In this document: positions 1-6,705 of the stretch, piece by piece | Layout of the letters: each line of letters starts with the position of its first letter | Position numbering within the stretch: position 1 is the stretch's first letter | NCBI GenBank assembly: GCA_965247115.1 | Contig: CBDFGR010000003.1 | Coordinates: 800,001-864,000 of the forward strand | Origin: Myxococcota bacterium | GTDB taxonomy: Bacteria > Myxococcota_A > UBA9160 > SZUA-336 | Reading direction: 5' to 3' | Length of the DNA stretch: 64,000 nt | The notes under the pieces: generated by a model | Seen by the model: only the letters and a program-made list of their open reading frames with translations | Told to the model about the DNA's origin: nothing | Database searches by the model: none | Translations under genes and position numbers: made by a program

Positions 1-224
1 TCCTCAGTGGTCTCGGGAACCTTCAATGCAAGGGAAGCCAGATGCTCGCAGTCCTCTCTGCGCATTGGAAAGCGCAACTCGATCTCGTTCCGCTGGGCCA
101 CGAACCAAAGCGTCCTGTCATCCAATTCGAATCGGAGCGTCTCGACGTTCAACGGAAACCGCACCATCCCCTCGGGACCATGAAAGAATGAGGGGAAAGG
201 AGAAGAAGGAGGCATGCGCTTCAT
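1..224 (-). CDS. Phage hypothetical protein, runs off the left edge (MKRMPPSS...LRFELDDRTLWFVAQRNEIELRF...)
   Basis: ATG at 224 overlaps the stop of 221..538 (ATGA); frame open to position 1 by manual translation. Confidence 0.45.
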   Translation of the reverse strand, partial: MKRMPPSSPFPSFFHGPEGMVRFPLNVETLRFELDDRTLWFVAQRNEIELRFPMRREDCEHLASLALKVPETTE

Positions 225-538
225 AGCGGCCTCCGCACCCACCACCGGATCTCCATGCCCTGTTGGGCGTCACGTCGAATCGGCGCGTTCCCATCCACGT
301 ACTTCGAGGTGTCTGCGAGCTCGGGAAGCCTCCGACCCATGACGTACCGAGAGATCCCCGACAGTTGAGAGAGCCGTCGCGAGCTACGGCCCGGCCAGCG
401 GACCGCCGCCTCATAGCACTCACGACGCTGCGTCTGGGCCTGCCCCGATCGCTCCACCCGACGGGCAGCAAGCTTGGACGAGTCGTGGTTTGACTTACGG
501 GCGAGAGCGTGAGGGCCGAACAGACTCTCTTGCCTCAT
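221..538 (-). CDS. Phage winged-HTH DNA-binding protein
   Basis: 'SSKLAARR...SSRRLSQLSGISRYVMGRRLPELAD' pattern typical of small phage wHTH proteins; ATGA-coupled start. Confidence 0.7.
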   Translation of the reverse strand: MRQESLFGPHALARKSNHDSSKLAARRVERSGQAQTQRRECYEAAVRWPGRSSRRLSQLSGISRYVMGRRLPELADTSKYVDGNAPIRRDAQQGMEIRWWVRRPL

Positions 539-812
539 GCAGCGGCTCTTTCCGCGTCTTCGCAGCCAGGAGCTCGAGCTGTAGAAGCGGCGTCACGTAG
601 TCCAAGCGCGTGACCATGATGGCGATGGGGAGAACGGCTGCGGGGAGCCGTCGGCGCCCGTCCGCTCGCAGCCAGTGGGAGACGTTCGTGAGGGCCGACT
701 CTACGCTGCCCTCCCAAGAAAAGGCTGCGCGGCACGCGAGGGCAAAGTGCAACCAGGTGTCGGAATCGTCCAACATCTTCCGAACGGCACGCTCGATTTC
801 GACAGTTTCCAC
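495..812 (-). CDS. Phage regulatory protein, possibly CII-like
   Basis: GAGGT SD 8 nt before GTG; helical 105-aa protein downstream of cro in the early operon. Confidence 0.55.
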   Translation of the reverse strand: METVEIERAVRKMLDDSDTWLHFALACRAAFSWEGSVESALTNVSHWLRADGRRRLPAAVLPIAIMVTRLDYVTPLLQLELLAAKTRKEPLHEARESVRPSRSRP

Positions 813-1380
813 TGGGGGTTACCTCACTTTCGCCCCCACGAAGTTTCTGTTGGCCGTACTTGGCCCTACTCGCGCGTAAGAATGAAGTCCGATGCTTCCG
901 ACCACCCACCCCTCGTGTAGAATGCTTGGTAGCTACACCGAGACAGGGGCGGGGGAGAGAACTATGAACAGCAGAAGAATCGTTGCCCTCTGCGTGATCC
1001 TCTCGACGATCGGCTGCGTGAATCTCAGACAGCGCGACCGCGAAACCCTCCGAGACATCGAGCGCTACGACCTGAATCCCACGGAGATTCAGATCAAGAA
1101 CGCCGGTCTCGCAGGTGGCCTCGGGATCATATCTCCGGTCTGCAACTGGTATCTCGCATACGGCACGCACCAAACCGATCAGATCCTCGTGGGTTTTCTG
1201 AACCTGCTGACCTGGCCTCTCAGTGTTATCTGGGCGATTCCGCAGTGCGCGGCGGACGCCTTGACGCTGAACAAGCTTGAGACCATCGACTACTACGAAG
1301 ACGATCGTGACGGCATTCGGGAGTTCGCTGCTGCACGTGAACGCTACGAAGGGTCGCACCGGGACGAAGAGTGACCTCAC
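535..1380 (-). CDS. Operon-strand ORF spanning the inverted lipoprotein gene (possible bridge ORF)
   Basis: GGAGGGGG SD before GTG at 1380; GTGA overlap with 1377..1928 and ATGA overlap with 221..538; product not recognisable. Confidence 0.3.
   Translation of the reverse strand: MRSLFVPVRPFVAFTCSSELPNAVTIVFVVVDGLKLVQRQGVRRALRNRPDNTERPGQQVQKTHEDLIGLVRAVCEIPVADRRYDPEATCETGVLDLNLRGIQVVALDVSEGFAVALSEIHAADRREDHAEGNDSSAVHSSLPRPCLGVATKHSTRGVGGRKHRTSFLRASRAKYGQQKLRGGESEVTPSGNCRNRACRSEDVGRFRHLVALCPRVPRSLFLGGQRRVGPHERLPLAASGRAPTAPRSRSPHRHHGHALGLRDAASTARAPGCEDAERAAA
964..1374 (+). CDS. Prophage accessory lipoprotein/membrane protein, inverted relative to the cro operon
   Basis: GGAG SD; signal peptide with lipobox MNSRRIVALCVILSTIG-C; two hydrophobic segments resembling a TM2-like arrangement. 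Confidence 0.75.
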   Translation: MNSRRIVALCVILSTIGCVNLRQRDRETLRDIERYDLNPTEIQIKNAGLAGGLGIISPVCNWYLAYGTHQTDQILVGFLNLLTWPLSVIWAIPQCAADALTLNKLETIDYYEDDRDGIREFAAARERYEGSHRDEE

Positions 1381-1928
1381 GCCGCCCCCTCCGCTGCGGC
1401 AGTGACGAGAGTGAGGGATGCATGCAACGCCGGTAGAAGGCCGCCTTTACGATGAGCCTCGCAAACCTCTTGATAGGCATTGCTGCCGCGCTCGGCGCGC
1501 TTCTCGCTGCCGGGGGAGCGATCGCCAGCGCTATCCTCATACGGAAGTCGCACCGCGCGGCTACGATCGAAGATCGGCAACCCGTCCTCGAGACTACGCT
1601 GATCCGCTATCGCGAGCCGAACGTCGCGAAGGTCACGATTCGGGTTCGGAATTGCGACCGAGAACGAATCAACTTTGTCCGTCTCGAGGTCGTAAGCCCA
1701 GAGTCGGTGCGCTTCTTCGATTTCGACACCGACCCGTTCGGTCGTCCACAGCCACACGGGGAGCCCCACGACTGGGTACATCCGAGCTGCAGTATCGAGC
1801 CAGCCGACTATGAAGATCGAGAGTTCCTTCTTCAATGGACAGGCGAAGAACTCGCGCCAACCCGGGTTGAGCTTGTCGCATATTTCGATAGTCGCGCCGC
1901 GTACATCGAGAAGACAGGGGCGGGTCAC
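1377..1928 (-). CDS. Operon-strand ORF spanning the inverted membrane-anchored gene (possible bridge ORF)
   Basis: GTG overlaps the cro stop (GTGA 1925-1928); ends AAAEGAA, which encodes the SD of the next ORF. Confidence 0.3.
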   Translation of the reverse strand: MTRPCLLDVRGATIEICDKLNPGWREFFACPLKKELSIFIVGWLDTAARMYPVVGLPVWLWTTERVGVEIEEAHRLWAYDLETDKVDSFSVAIPNPNRDLRDVRLAIADQRSLEDGLPIFDRSRAVRLPYEDSAGDRSPGSEKRAERGSNAYQEVCEAHRKGGLLPALHASLTLVTAAAEGAA

Positions 1929-2033
1929 GGAGAGCGCTCGACTCGTTCGGAGTGCTGGTCAGCGCCGAACGGCGGCCCGCTCCTGAGTAGGTCTTCCGGA
2001 GTGATACCCAGGGTTGCTAGTTGGTCTCGATAA
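1452..2033 (+). CDS. Prophage accessory protein with N-terminal transmembrane helix and beta-rich domain (inverted)
   Basis: LLIGIAAALGALLAAGGAIASAILI followed by RK; alternating beta-strand pattern; 3' end overlaps cro antisense. Confidence 0.6.
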   Translation: MSLANLLIGIAAALGALLAAGGAIASAILIRKSHRAATIEDRQPVLETTLIRYREPNVAKVTIRVRNCDRERINFVRLEVVSPESVRFFDFDTDPFGRPQPHGEPHDWVHPSCSIEPADYEDREFLLQWTGEELAPTRVELVAYFDSRAAYIEKTGAGHGERSTRSECWSAPNGGPLLSRSSGVIPRVASWSR

Positions 2034-2188
2034 AGATCGATGAGCCTGACCATGATCCGCCGACTCATCGCGTTTCGCCCCGTTTCGTACATCGTCACGG
2101 CGGCCGGATCCACGCCCAGTTTTGCCGCAAGAGCCGCTTGGGTGATGCCGAGCGTCTGCCTGAGACGCTTCAGCGGATGAGAACTCAT
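1925..2188 (-). CDS. Cro-like HTH_XRE regulator
   Basis: LKRLRQTLGITQAALAAKLGVDPAAVTMYETG is a canonical HTH_3 motif; divergent from the cI-like gene. Confidence 0.85.
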   Translation of the reverse strand: MSSHPLKRLRQTLGITQAALAAKLGVDPAAVTMYETGRNAMSRRIMVRLIDLYRDQLATLGITPEDLLRSGPPFGADQHSERVERSP

Positions 2189-2196
2189 AAGCACAC

Positions 2197-2225
2197 ATTA
2201 CAACTCATGATGGTGGCGGTGTCAA
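2197..2225 (-). promoter_or_regulatory. Sigma70 promoter for cro (TTGACA-17-TGTAAT), overlapped by a candidate operator
   Basis: Minus strand TTGACA (2225-2220), 17-nt spacer, TGTAAT (2202-2197); inverted repeat ATGGTG/CACCAT at 2210-2215 and 2227-2232. Confidence 0.7.
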
Positions 2226-2271
2226 TCACCATGTACCAAGCTCTGCGGCCTTAGCTAATCTCTGCTTACTG

Positions 2272-2784
2272 ATGGCTCGACGCATAAAGCAACGCAGAGA
2301 GATTCCGACTTTTGGGCAGGAACTCAAAGAAGCTCGCGAAGCCCTGGGGCTGACCCAGGAGGAATTCGGCGATGCAGTCGACATCTCCCAGTCAGCCGTA
2401 TCGCAGTTGGAGAGCGGGAAGAACGAAGCCGCTGTCGGAACGAAGTTCAAGATCTTCGAGTTTTTGTCTGCGCGAGCGGACTTCCTGAAAGAACGCGGAC
2501 TCGACTACAGGACGGCCATCTCCCTCAACATGAAGAAGGACGCCCCCGAAGTCTATGAGTCGCTGCAGAAAGTACTTAGGGACCAGGCCCGAGCGGTAGC
2601 CGAGCATCTGATCGACGAGATCGGAGCTAGCCGGGTGATCACTCTCGCGTTTGTACCCCCAGACGAGCTCTCCAATTGGATCGATACCCATGAGGAGGCG
2701 AACTACAGGGAGGAGCAGGCGTATCAGCTCTCTAAGGACCTCTCACTCGGGCCATCACCAAAAAAGAAGCCAGAATCCGAATAG
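2272..2784 (+). CDS. cI-like HTH_XRE repressor
   Basis: LKEAREALGLTQEEFGDAVDISQSAVSQLESG HTH motif; divergent from cro; no S24 peptidase motif seen. Confidence 0.85.
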   Translation: MARRIKQRREIPTFGQELKEAREALGLTQEEFGDAVDISQSAVSQLESGKNEAAVGTKFKIFEFLSARADFLKERGLDYRTAISLNMKKDAPEVYESLQKVLRDQARAVAEHLIDEIGASRVITLAFVPPDELSNWIDTHEEANYREEQAYQLSKDLSLGPSPKKKPESE

Positions 2785-2826
2785 GCGGCTTGACCGTGTC
2801 TCTTATTTTACGTAATTATCACTTAT

Positions 2827-3291
2827 ATGCGCGGGGCAACTCTCGACCCGAGGCAGCGTCCTCTCCCTGACCGTCTCGCCCAGCTGGACTCTCTGCACCT
2901 GGACAGGGGTGTCTCCTCGAGCTTCGACGAAGGCCACTGCGCACTCGAAGTGGTCGCCTGGCTCGCAGGAGAGGAGCACAGCGACCATCCGCAGTGCACG
3001 AGTACCGCGGTTGGAGCCTTCGTCCGCTGCTGGAATGACGACCTTTCAGACGAGGATCGGGACCGTCTGCTCAAGCCACTGCTCCCCCGCCTTGTGGGAT
3101 CGGCAGGAGATTCCGACACGGAGATCGCCCGCTCCTACCTAGCCCTCGACTGGCTCTGTCGAATCTATACACCCGCATGGCTAGACCTCGTAGAAAGCCT
3201 GAAACCTCATGCCGCGAAGCTGCGTGGACTCGGCGAGATCACGGACCTCGATGTCCACGTCCAGTCGGAGTGCGACGAGTGCCGGCGCTAG
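2827..3291 (+). CDS. Truncated paralog of the Ala-rich repeat phage protein (N-terminal domain only)
   Basis: About 92% nucleotide identity to 4314-4721 by manual alignment; frame intact; lacks the repeat tail. Confidence 0.7.
   Translation: MRGATLDPRQRPLPDRLAQLDSLHLDRGVSSSFDEGHCALEVVAWLAGEEHSDHPQCTSTAVGAFVRCWNDDLSDEDRDRLLKPLLPRLVGSAGDSDTEIARSYLALDWLCRIYTPAWLDLVESLKPHAAKLRGLGEITDLDVHVQSECDECRR
2840..3250 (+). repeat. Direct repeat copy 1 (411 bp)
   Basis: Matches 4314-4721 with about 31 substitutions and one 3-bp indel (manual count). Confidence 0.95.
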
Positions 3292-4289
3292 AAGAGCTCC
3301 GATTGTCGCGGCATTCGGTGCTCGATCACCTCTGTGACCGTGCGGGAGAGATGGAGTTTGCCCTCCCCGTCCACCGATTGCTCGACGCTCATACGGACTC
3401 GGAGCTGGTCTCCACTTCGGAAGGGCTCGCGCTTAGTCACCTGTGTGACAAAGCCGGGATCTTCCATCTTGACCAAGAAGACATTGGCACCATCGGAGAC
3501 GCGCCACTGATAGCCGCGCCCAGAGATGTCTGGCTGGAGAATCTCCAAGACCTGAACCACCTCATAAGCTGCTTCTTGTGCAGCAGCTATCTGTCGTGGG
3601 CCACCCTCAGTAATCCTCGCGTAGTCGGCAGCGTCCAAAGATTCGACGACTTCACTGCCTTCCATTGCTTGGAAGAGTTCGACTCCTTGGCGAGCAAGCG
3701 GCTTCAACACCTCGTCCAGTGCTGTTACGGTCGTCGTGTCGTTGTACAGGTTTCGCACGTTTCGATGGAGCCGCAGCGTGCGTCCGTCCGGCGCAGTGGC
3801 CTCAATCTCTTCATCAATCTCGACGTATTGCATCTGCTCTGCCTTGCCTACTGTCTTTACAAGACTAAGGAGACCACTTGCAACCGAGCCAGACTTCTTG
3901 ATGAACCCCAGTGTAGTCAAGAGTTGGTTCGCGTCCGACCCCATCAGTGTGTTGACAATCCCGGCGATGTCCAGAACGAGCGAGATATCGAAAGACCTAG
4001 CTCTAACATCTGCTCGCATTCGAACGGTAGCGGCCGTCTCTCGACCATTGATGAGCAGATTTGTCCGCTCACAGATATCGCCCACAGCCTGAAGAGTCGG
4101 TGCCAGCGCGCGAACATCCATTTCGCCAGCCTCAAGTTCTGGCCCGGTGTAAACCAAGCGCAGTACGGCTTCGCTCATCGCGCTACGTCCTCCTGTCCGG
4201 CTGATATCTCTCAGGGGGATAGCGGGCCGACCGGGTCTAGCGGTCGGCCCGCAACAGACTCTAGCACTCAACTACAGGAGATAGTGTAG
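3279..4289 (+). CDS. Operon-strand ORF spanning the inverted 296-aa gene (possible bridge ORF)
   Basis: GGAG 8 nt before GTG 3279; stop-free across the whole inverted gene; ends 2 nt before ATG 4292. Confidence 0.3.
   Translation: MPALEELRLSRHSVLDHLCDRAGEMEFALPVHRLLDAHTDSELVSTSEGLALSHLCDKAGIFHLDQEDIGTIGDAPLIAAPRDVWLENLQDLNHLISCFLCSSYLSWATLSNPRVVGSVQRFDDFTAFHCLEEFDSLASKRLQHLVQCCYGRRVVVQVSHVSMEPQRASVRRSGLNLFINLDVLHLLCLAYCLYKTKETTCNRARLLDEPQCSQELVRVRPHQCVDNPGDVQNERDIERPSSNICSHSNGSGRLSTIDEQICPLTDIAHSLKSRCQRANIHFASLKFWPGVNQAQYGFAHRATSSCPADISQGDSGPTGSSGRPATDSSTQLQEIV
3288..4178 (-). CDS. Inverted prophage accessory protein (296 aa), function unknown, possible defence or moron gene
   Basis: AGGAGG SD before ATG 4178; globular sequence LRLVYTGPELEAGEMDVRALAPTLQAV... 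with an OB-fold-like C-terminus; more A/T-ending codons than its neighbours. Confidence 0.85.
   Translation of the reverse strand: MSEAVLRLVYTGPELEAGEMDVRALAPTLQAVGDICERTNLLINGRETAATVRMRADVRARSFDISLVLDIAGIVNTLMGSDANQLLTTLGFIKKSGSVASGLLSLVKTVGKAEQMQYVEIDEEIEATAPDGRTLRLHRNVRNLYNDTTTVTALDEVLKPLARQGVELFQAMEGSEVVESLDAADYARITEGGPRQIAAAQEAAYEVVQVLEILQPDISGRGYQWRVSDGANVFLVKMEDPGFVTQVTKREPFRSGDQLRVRMSVEQSVDGEGKLHLSRTVTEVIEHRMPRQSELF
4222..4252. promoter_or_regulatory. Perfect 12-bp GC-rich hairpin between divergent starts
   Basis: GCGGGCCGACCG-ggtctag-CGGTCGGCCCGC. Confidence 0.6.
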
Positions 4290-4291
4290 AG

Positions 4292-5257
4292 ATGCCCGCT
4301 CCCGCCCCTTCCCCTCTCGACCCGAGGCGTCCTCTCCCCGACCGTCTCGCCCAGCTGGACGCTCTGCACCTGGACAGGGGTGTCTCCTCGAGCTTCGACG
4401 AAGGCCACTGCGCGCTCGAGGTGGTCGCCTGGCTCGCAGGGGAGGAGCACAGCGACCATCCGCAGTGCACGAGTGCCGTGGTCGGAGACTTCGTCCGCTG
4501 CTGGAATGACAACCTTTTAGACGAGGATCGAGACCGTCTGCTCAAGCCCCTGCTCCCCCGCCTCGTGGGATCGGAAGGAGATCCCGACACGGAGCTCGCC
4601 CGCTCCTACCTAGCCCTCGACTGGCTCTGCCGGGTCCATACGCCCGCATGGCTGGATCTCGTGGAGAGTCTGAGCCCGCATGCCGCGAAGCTGCGCGGAC
4701 TCGGCGAGATCACGGACCTCGTTCGTGCAAGCGCGGCGCAGCCGATGATCCGTGCTGCGAGGGAAGCTGCGGGGGACGCTGTGAGGGACGCTGCGGAGGT
4801 CGCTGCGTGGATCGCTGCGAGGGAAGCTGCGGGGGACGCTGCGAGGGACGCTGCGAGGGAAGCTGCGAGGGACGCTGTGGGGGCCGCTGCGGGGGCCGCT
4901 GCGAGGGACGCTGCGAGGGACGCTGCGAGGGACGCTGTGGGGGCCGCTGCGAGGGACGCTGCGAGGGACGCTGCGAGGGACGCTGTGGGGGCCGCTGCGG
5001 GGGCCGCTGCGAGGGACGCTGCGTGGGACGCTGTGGGGGCCGCTGCGGGGGCCGCTGCGAGGGACGCTGCGAGGGACGCTGCGGGGGACGCTGCGGGGGA
5101 CGCTGCGAGGGTCGCTGCGGGAGCCGCGGCGGGGGCCGATGCGAGGGTCACCGCGTGGGACGCTGCGAGTGCCGCGCTCGAGCCGACCGTGCTCACGCTC
5201 CAGGATTCGGCACGCGATCTCGTTTGTCGAATGCTCGCGGTGGGGGAGTCCGCATGA
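4292..5257 (+). CDS. Phage protein with conserved N-terminal domain and (AARD/AAGA/AAWD)n tetrapeptide repeat
   Basis: AGGAG SD; HCALEVVAWLAGEEHSDHPQC...RCWND motif; long Ala-rich repeat. Confidence 0.85.
   Translation: MPAPAPSPLDPRRPLPDRLAQLDALHLDRGVSSSFDEGHCALEVVAWLAGEEHSDHPQCTSAVVGDFVRCWNDNLLDEDRDRLLKPLLPRLVGSEGDPDTELARSYLALDWLCRVHTPAWLDLVESLSPHAAKLRGLGEITDLVRASAAQPMIRAAREAAGDAVRDAAEVAAWIAAREAAGDAARDAAREAARDAVGAAAGAAARDAARDAARDAVGAAARDAARDAARDAVGAAAGAAARDAAWDAVGAAAGAAARDAARDAAGDAAGDAARVAAGAAAGADARVTAWDAASAALEPTVLTLQDSARDLVCRMLAVGESA
4314..4721 (+). repeat. Direct repeat copy 2 (408 bp)
   Basis: Matches 2840-3250. Confidence 0.95.
4754..5170 (+). repeat. Tandem array of about 34 degenerate 12-bp units (consensus GCTGCGAGGGAC)
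   Basis: Directly visible; variants GCTGCGGGGGCC, GCTGTGGGGGCC, GCTGCGTGGGAC. Confidence 0.95.
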
Positions 5258-5288
5258 TGCGCCGTGCCGAGCGGGCCCGGAGGTCACG

Positions 5289-5516
5289 ATGCGACTGGAG
5301 GAGATCGTGAAGCGCCCTACGATGCGCGCGCGGAACCGTCGCGAGCTCGCGCACGGTCGCCGCGTTGCCCCGACGCCCGACGTGCCGATCGATCGCGCCC
5401 TCCTCGGACCTGAGCGCTGTGTCCTGTGCCGGGAAGAGGCCGCCGACGACATCACGGGCCTTGACGACAAGGGCGTGTGTCTCACCTGCCGAGCGGCCGC
5501 ACGGCTGCGGTTATGA
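5289..5516 (+). CDS. Small phage protein with CxxC...CxxC zinc-finger motif
   Basis: CVLC and CLTC; GGAGG SD; ATGA overlap with the next gene. Confidence 0.6.
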   Translation: MRLEEIVKRPTMRARNRRELAHGRRVAPTPDVPIDRALLGPERCVLCREEAADDITGLDDKGVCLTCRAAARLRL

Positions 5517-5737
5517 GCATCGAGATTATCGAGAGCCGGGCGCACCCCACGATGTGCGCGATGTACTGCACCACCTCCGACGTAGCCTTCGGGCCCGTGT
5601 TCACGTCCCATGAAGAGGCGGAGCGGTTCATCGCCTATTGCTGGCTCCAGACGGGCGATGACCCTCGGGGCGTCGAAGGGTGCGTCCTAGAGCGCCTGGT
5701 CACGGAGATGCGAAAAGAAGAGCCATGCGCCCTTTGA
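5513..5737 (+). CDS. Phage hypothetical protein
   Basis: ATGA-coupled start; MSIEIIESRAHPTMCAMYCTTSDVAFGPVF. Confidence 0.65.
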   Translation: MSIEIIESRAHPTMCAMYCTTSDVAFGPVFTSHEEAERFIAYCWLQTGDDPRGVEGCVLERLVTEMRKEEPCAL

Positions 5738-5895
5738 TAGTCGCGCCCAAGCCCTTCCCGCGCGTCCCGCAAGACCTCCGCGAATTGCTCGCGGAAATCG
5801 ACCTCTATCTCGCGCAGCGAGAGCGTCAAGCGCGGCTGGAACGGCCGCAGCTCCGCGACCTGCGCGCACGAATCCAACGAGAACTCACGAAGTAA
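5725..5895 (+). CDS. Small helical phage hypothetical protein
   Basis: Fills the gap in the operon; amphipathic helix. Confidence 0.55.
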   Translation: MRPLIVAPKPFPRVPQDLRELLAEIDLYLAQRERQARLERPQLRDLRARIQRELTK

Positions 5896-5907
5896 AGGAG
5901 AGATGCC

Positions 5908-6705
5908 GTGAGCATGTTAGATCAGGTCACCACAGGAAGAACGATCCGGCCCCCGCGGATCGTCATTCATGGCAGAGGAGGAGTCGGCAAGACGACCTTC
6001 GGCGCGAGTACGCCGAATCCGATCTTCCTGCCTGCAGAAGAGGGACTCGGCACGCTCGACGTGCCTCATGTTCCCATTCCCACGAGCTACGCCGAGATCC
6101 TCGAGACGATCACGGATCTGCAACGTCAGGAGCACGTCTACCGAACCCTCGTCATCGACACGATCGACCACGTCGAGCCTCTCGTCTGGGAGGAGACGTG
6201 TCGTCGCATGTCCGAGGGGGGGCGGAAGACGTACGAGCACGTCGAGGATTTTGGGTATCAGAAGGGCTACCTGTTCGCCGATCGCGAGTGGACGCAGCTC
6301 TTTCACGCGCTGGACGCGATCCGACGCGACCCCGGCATGATGATCGTCGTGCTCTCCCACAACGAGAGCAAGACGTTCGAAGATCCGGTGATCGGTCCCT
6401 ACGACCGCGTCACTCCGAAGCTCCACAAGCGAGCGAACGCGCTGCTCTACGAGTGGGCGGACATCGTCGGCTACCTGGAGATCCAGCGAGCCACGATCGA
6501 GAAGGAGGGCGCGAAGAGTCGGAAGGTGCGCACCAGCGCCACAACCGGCACGCGCGAGCTCTTTCTCGAAGACACCGGAGCCTTCATCGCGAAGAACCGC
6601 TACGGGCTTCCGATCCGCATCGAGGTGCCCCAGGCCAACCCTTACACCCCGCTCCGTGAAGCGCTGAAGTCGGCGCTCGGAGTCCAGAAGCAGGAGGCCG
6701 CGTAA
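5908..6705 (+). CDS. Sak4-like AAA_24 ATPase (phage single-strand annealing protein)
   Basis: Walker A GRGGVGKT, Walker B LVIDTID, EWADIVGY and AKNRYGLP motifs. Confidence 0.9.
   Translation: MSMLDQVTTGRTIRPPRIVIHGRGGVGKTTFGASTPNPIFLPAEEGLGTLDVPHVPIPTSYAEILETITDLQRQEHVYRTLVIDTIDHVEPLVWEETCRRMSEGGRKTYEHVEDFGYQKGYLFADREWTQLFHALDAIRRDPGMMIVVLSHNESKTFEDPVIGPYDRVTPKLHKRANALLYEWADIVGYLEIQRATIEKEGAKSRKVRTSATTGTRELFLEDTGAFIAKNRYGLPIRIEVPQANPYTPLREALKSALGVQKQEAA

Noticed and set aside
2790..2818. Early rightward promoter after cI
   Set aside because: TTGACC is present but there is no clean -10 box at 16-18 nt; too weak to call
2840..4721. Diversity-generating retroelement template/variable repeat pair
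   Set aside because: Mismatches are not adenine-restricted (copy 1 bases about 14 A, 9 T, 6 C, 2 G), the repeat is at the gene 5' end, and there is no reverse transcriptase in the window
4754..5170. CRISPR array
   Set aside because: Contiguous 12-bp tandem units with no unique spacers, inside a CDS
4606..5611. Alternative-frame repeat proteins (CEGR)n, (PRSV)n and (AASL)n
   Set aside because: By-products of a stop-free 12-bp repeat; only the Ala-rich frame continues the conserved N-terminal domain with an SD
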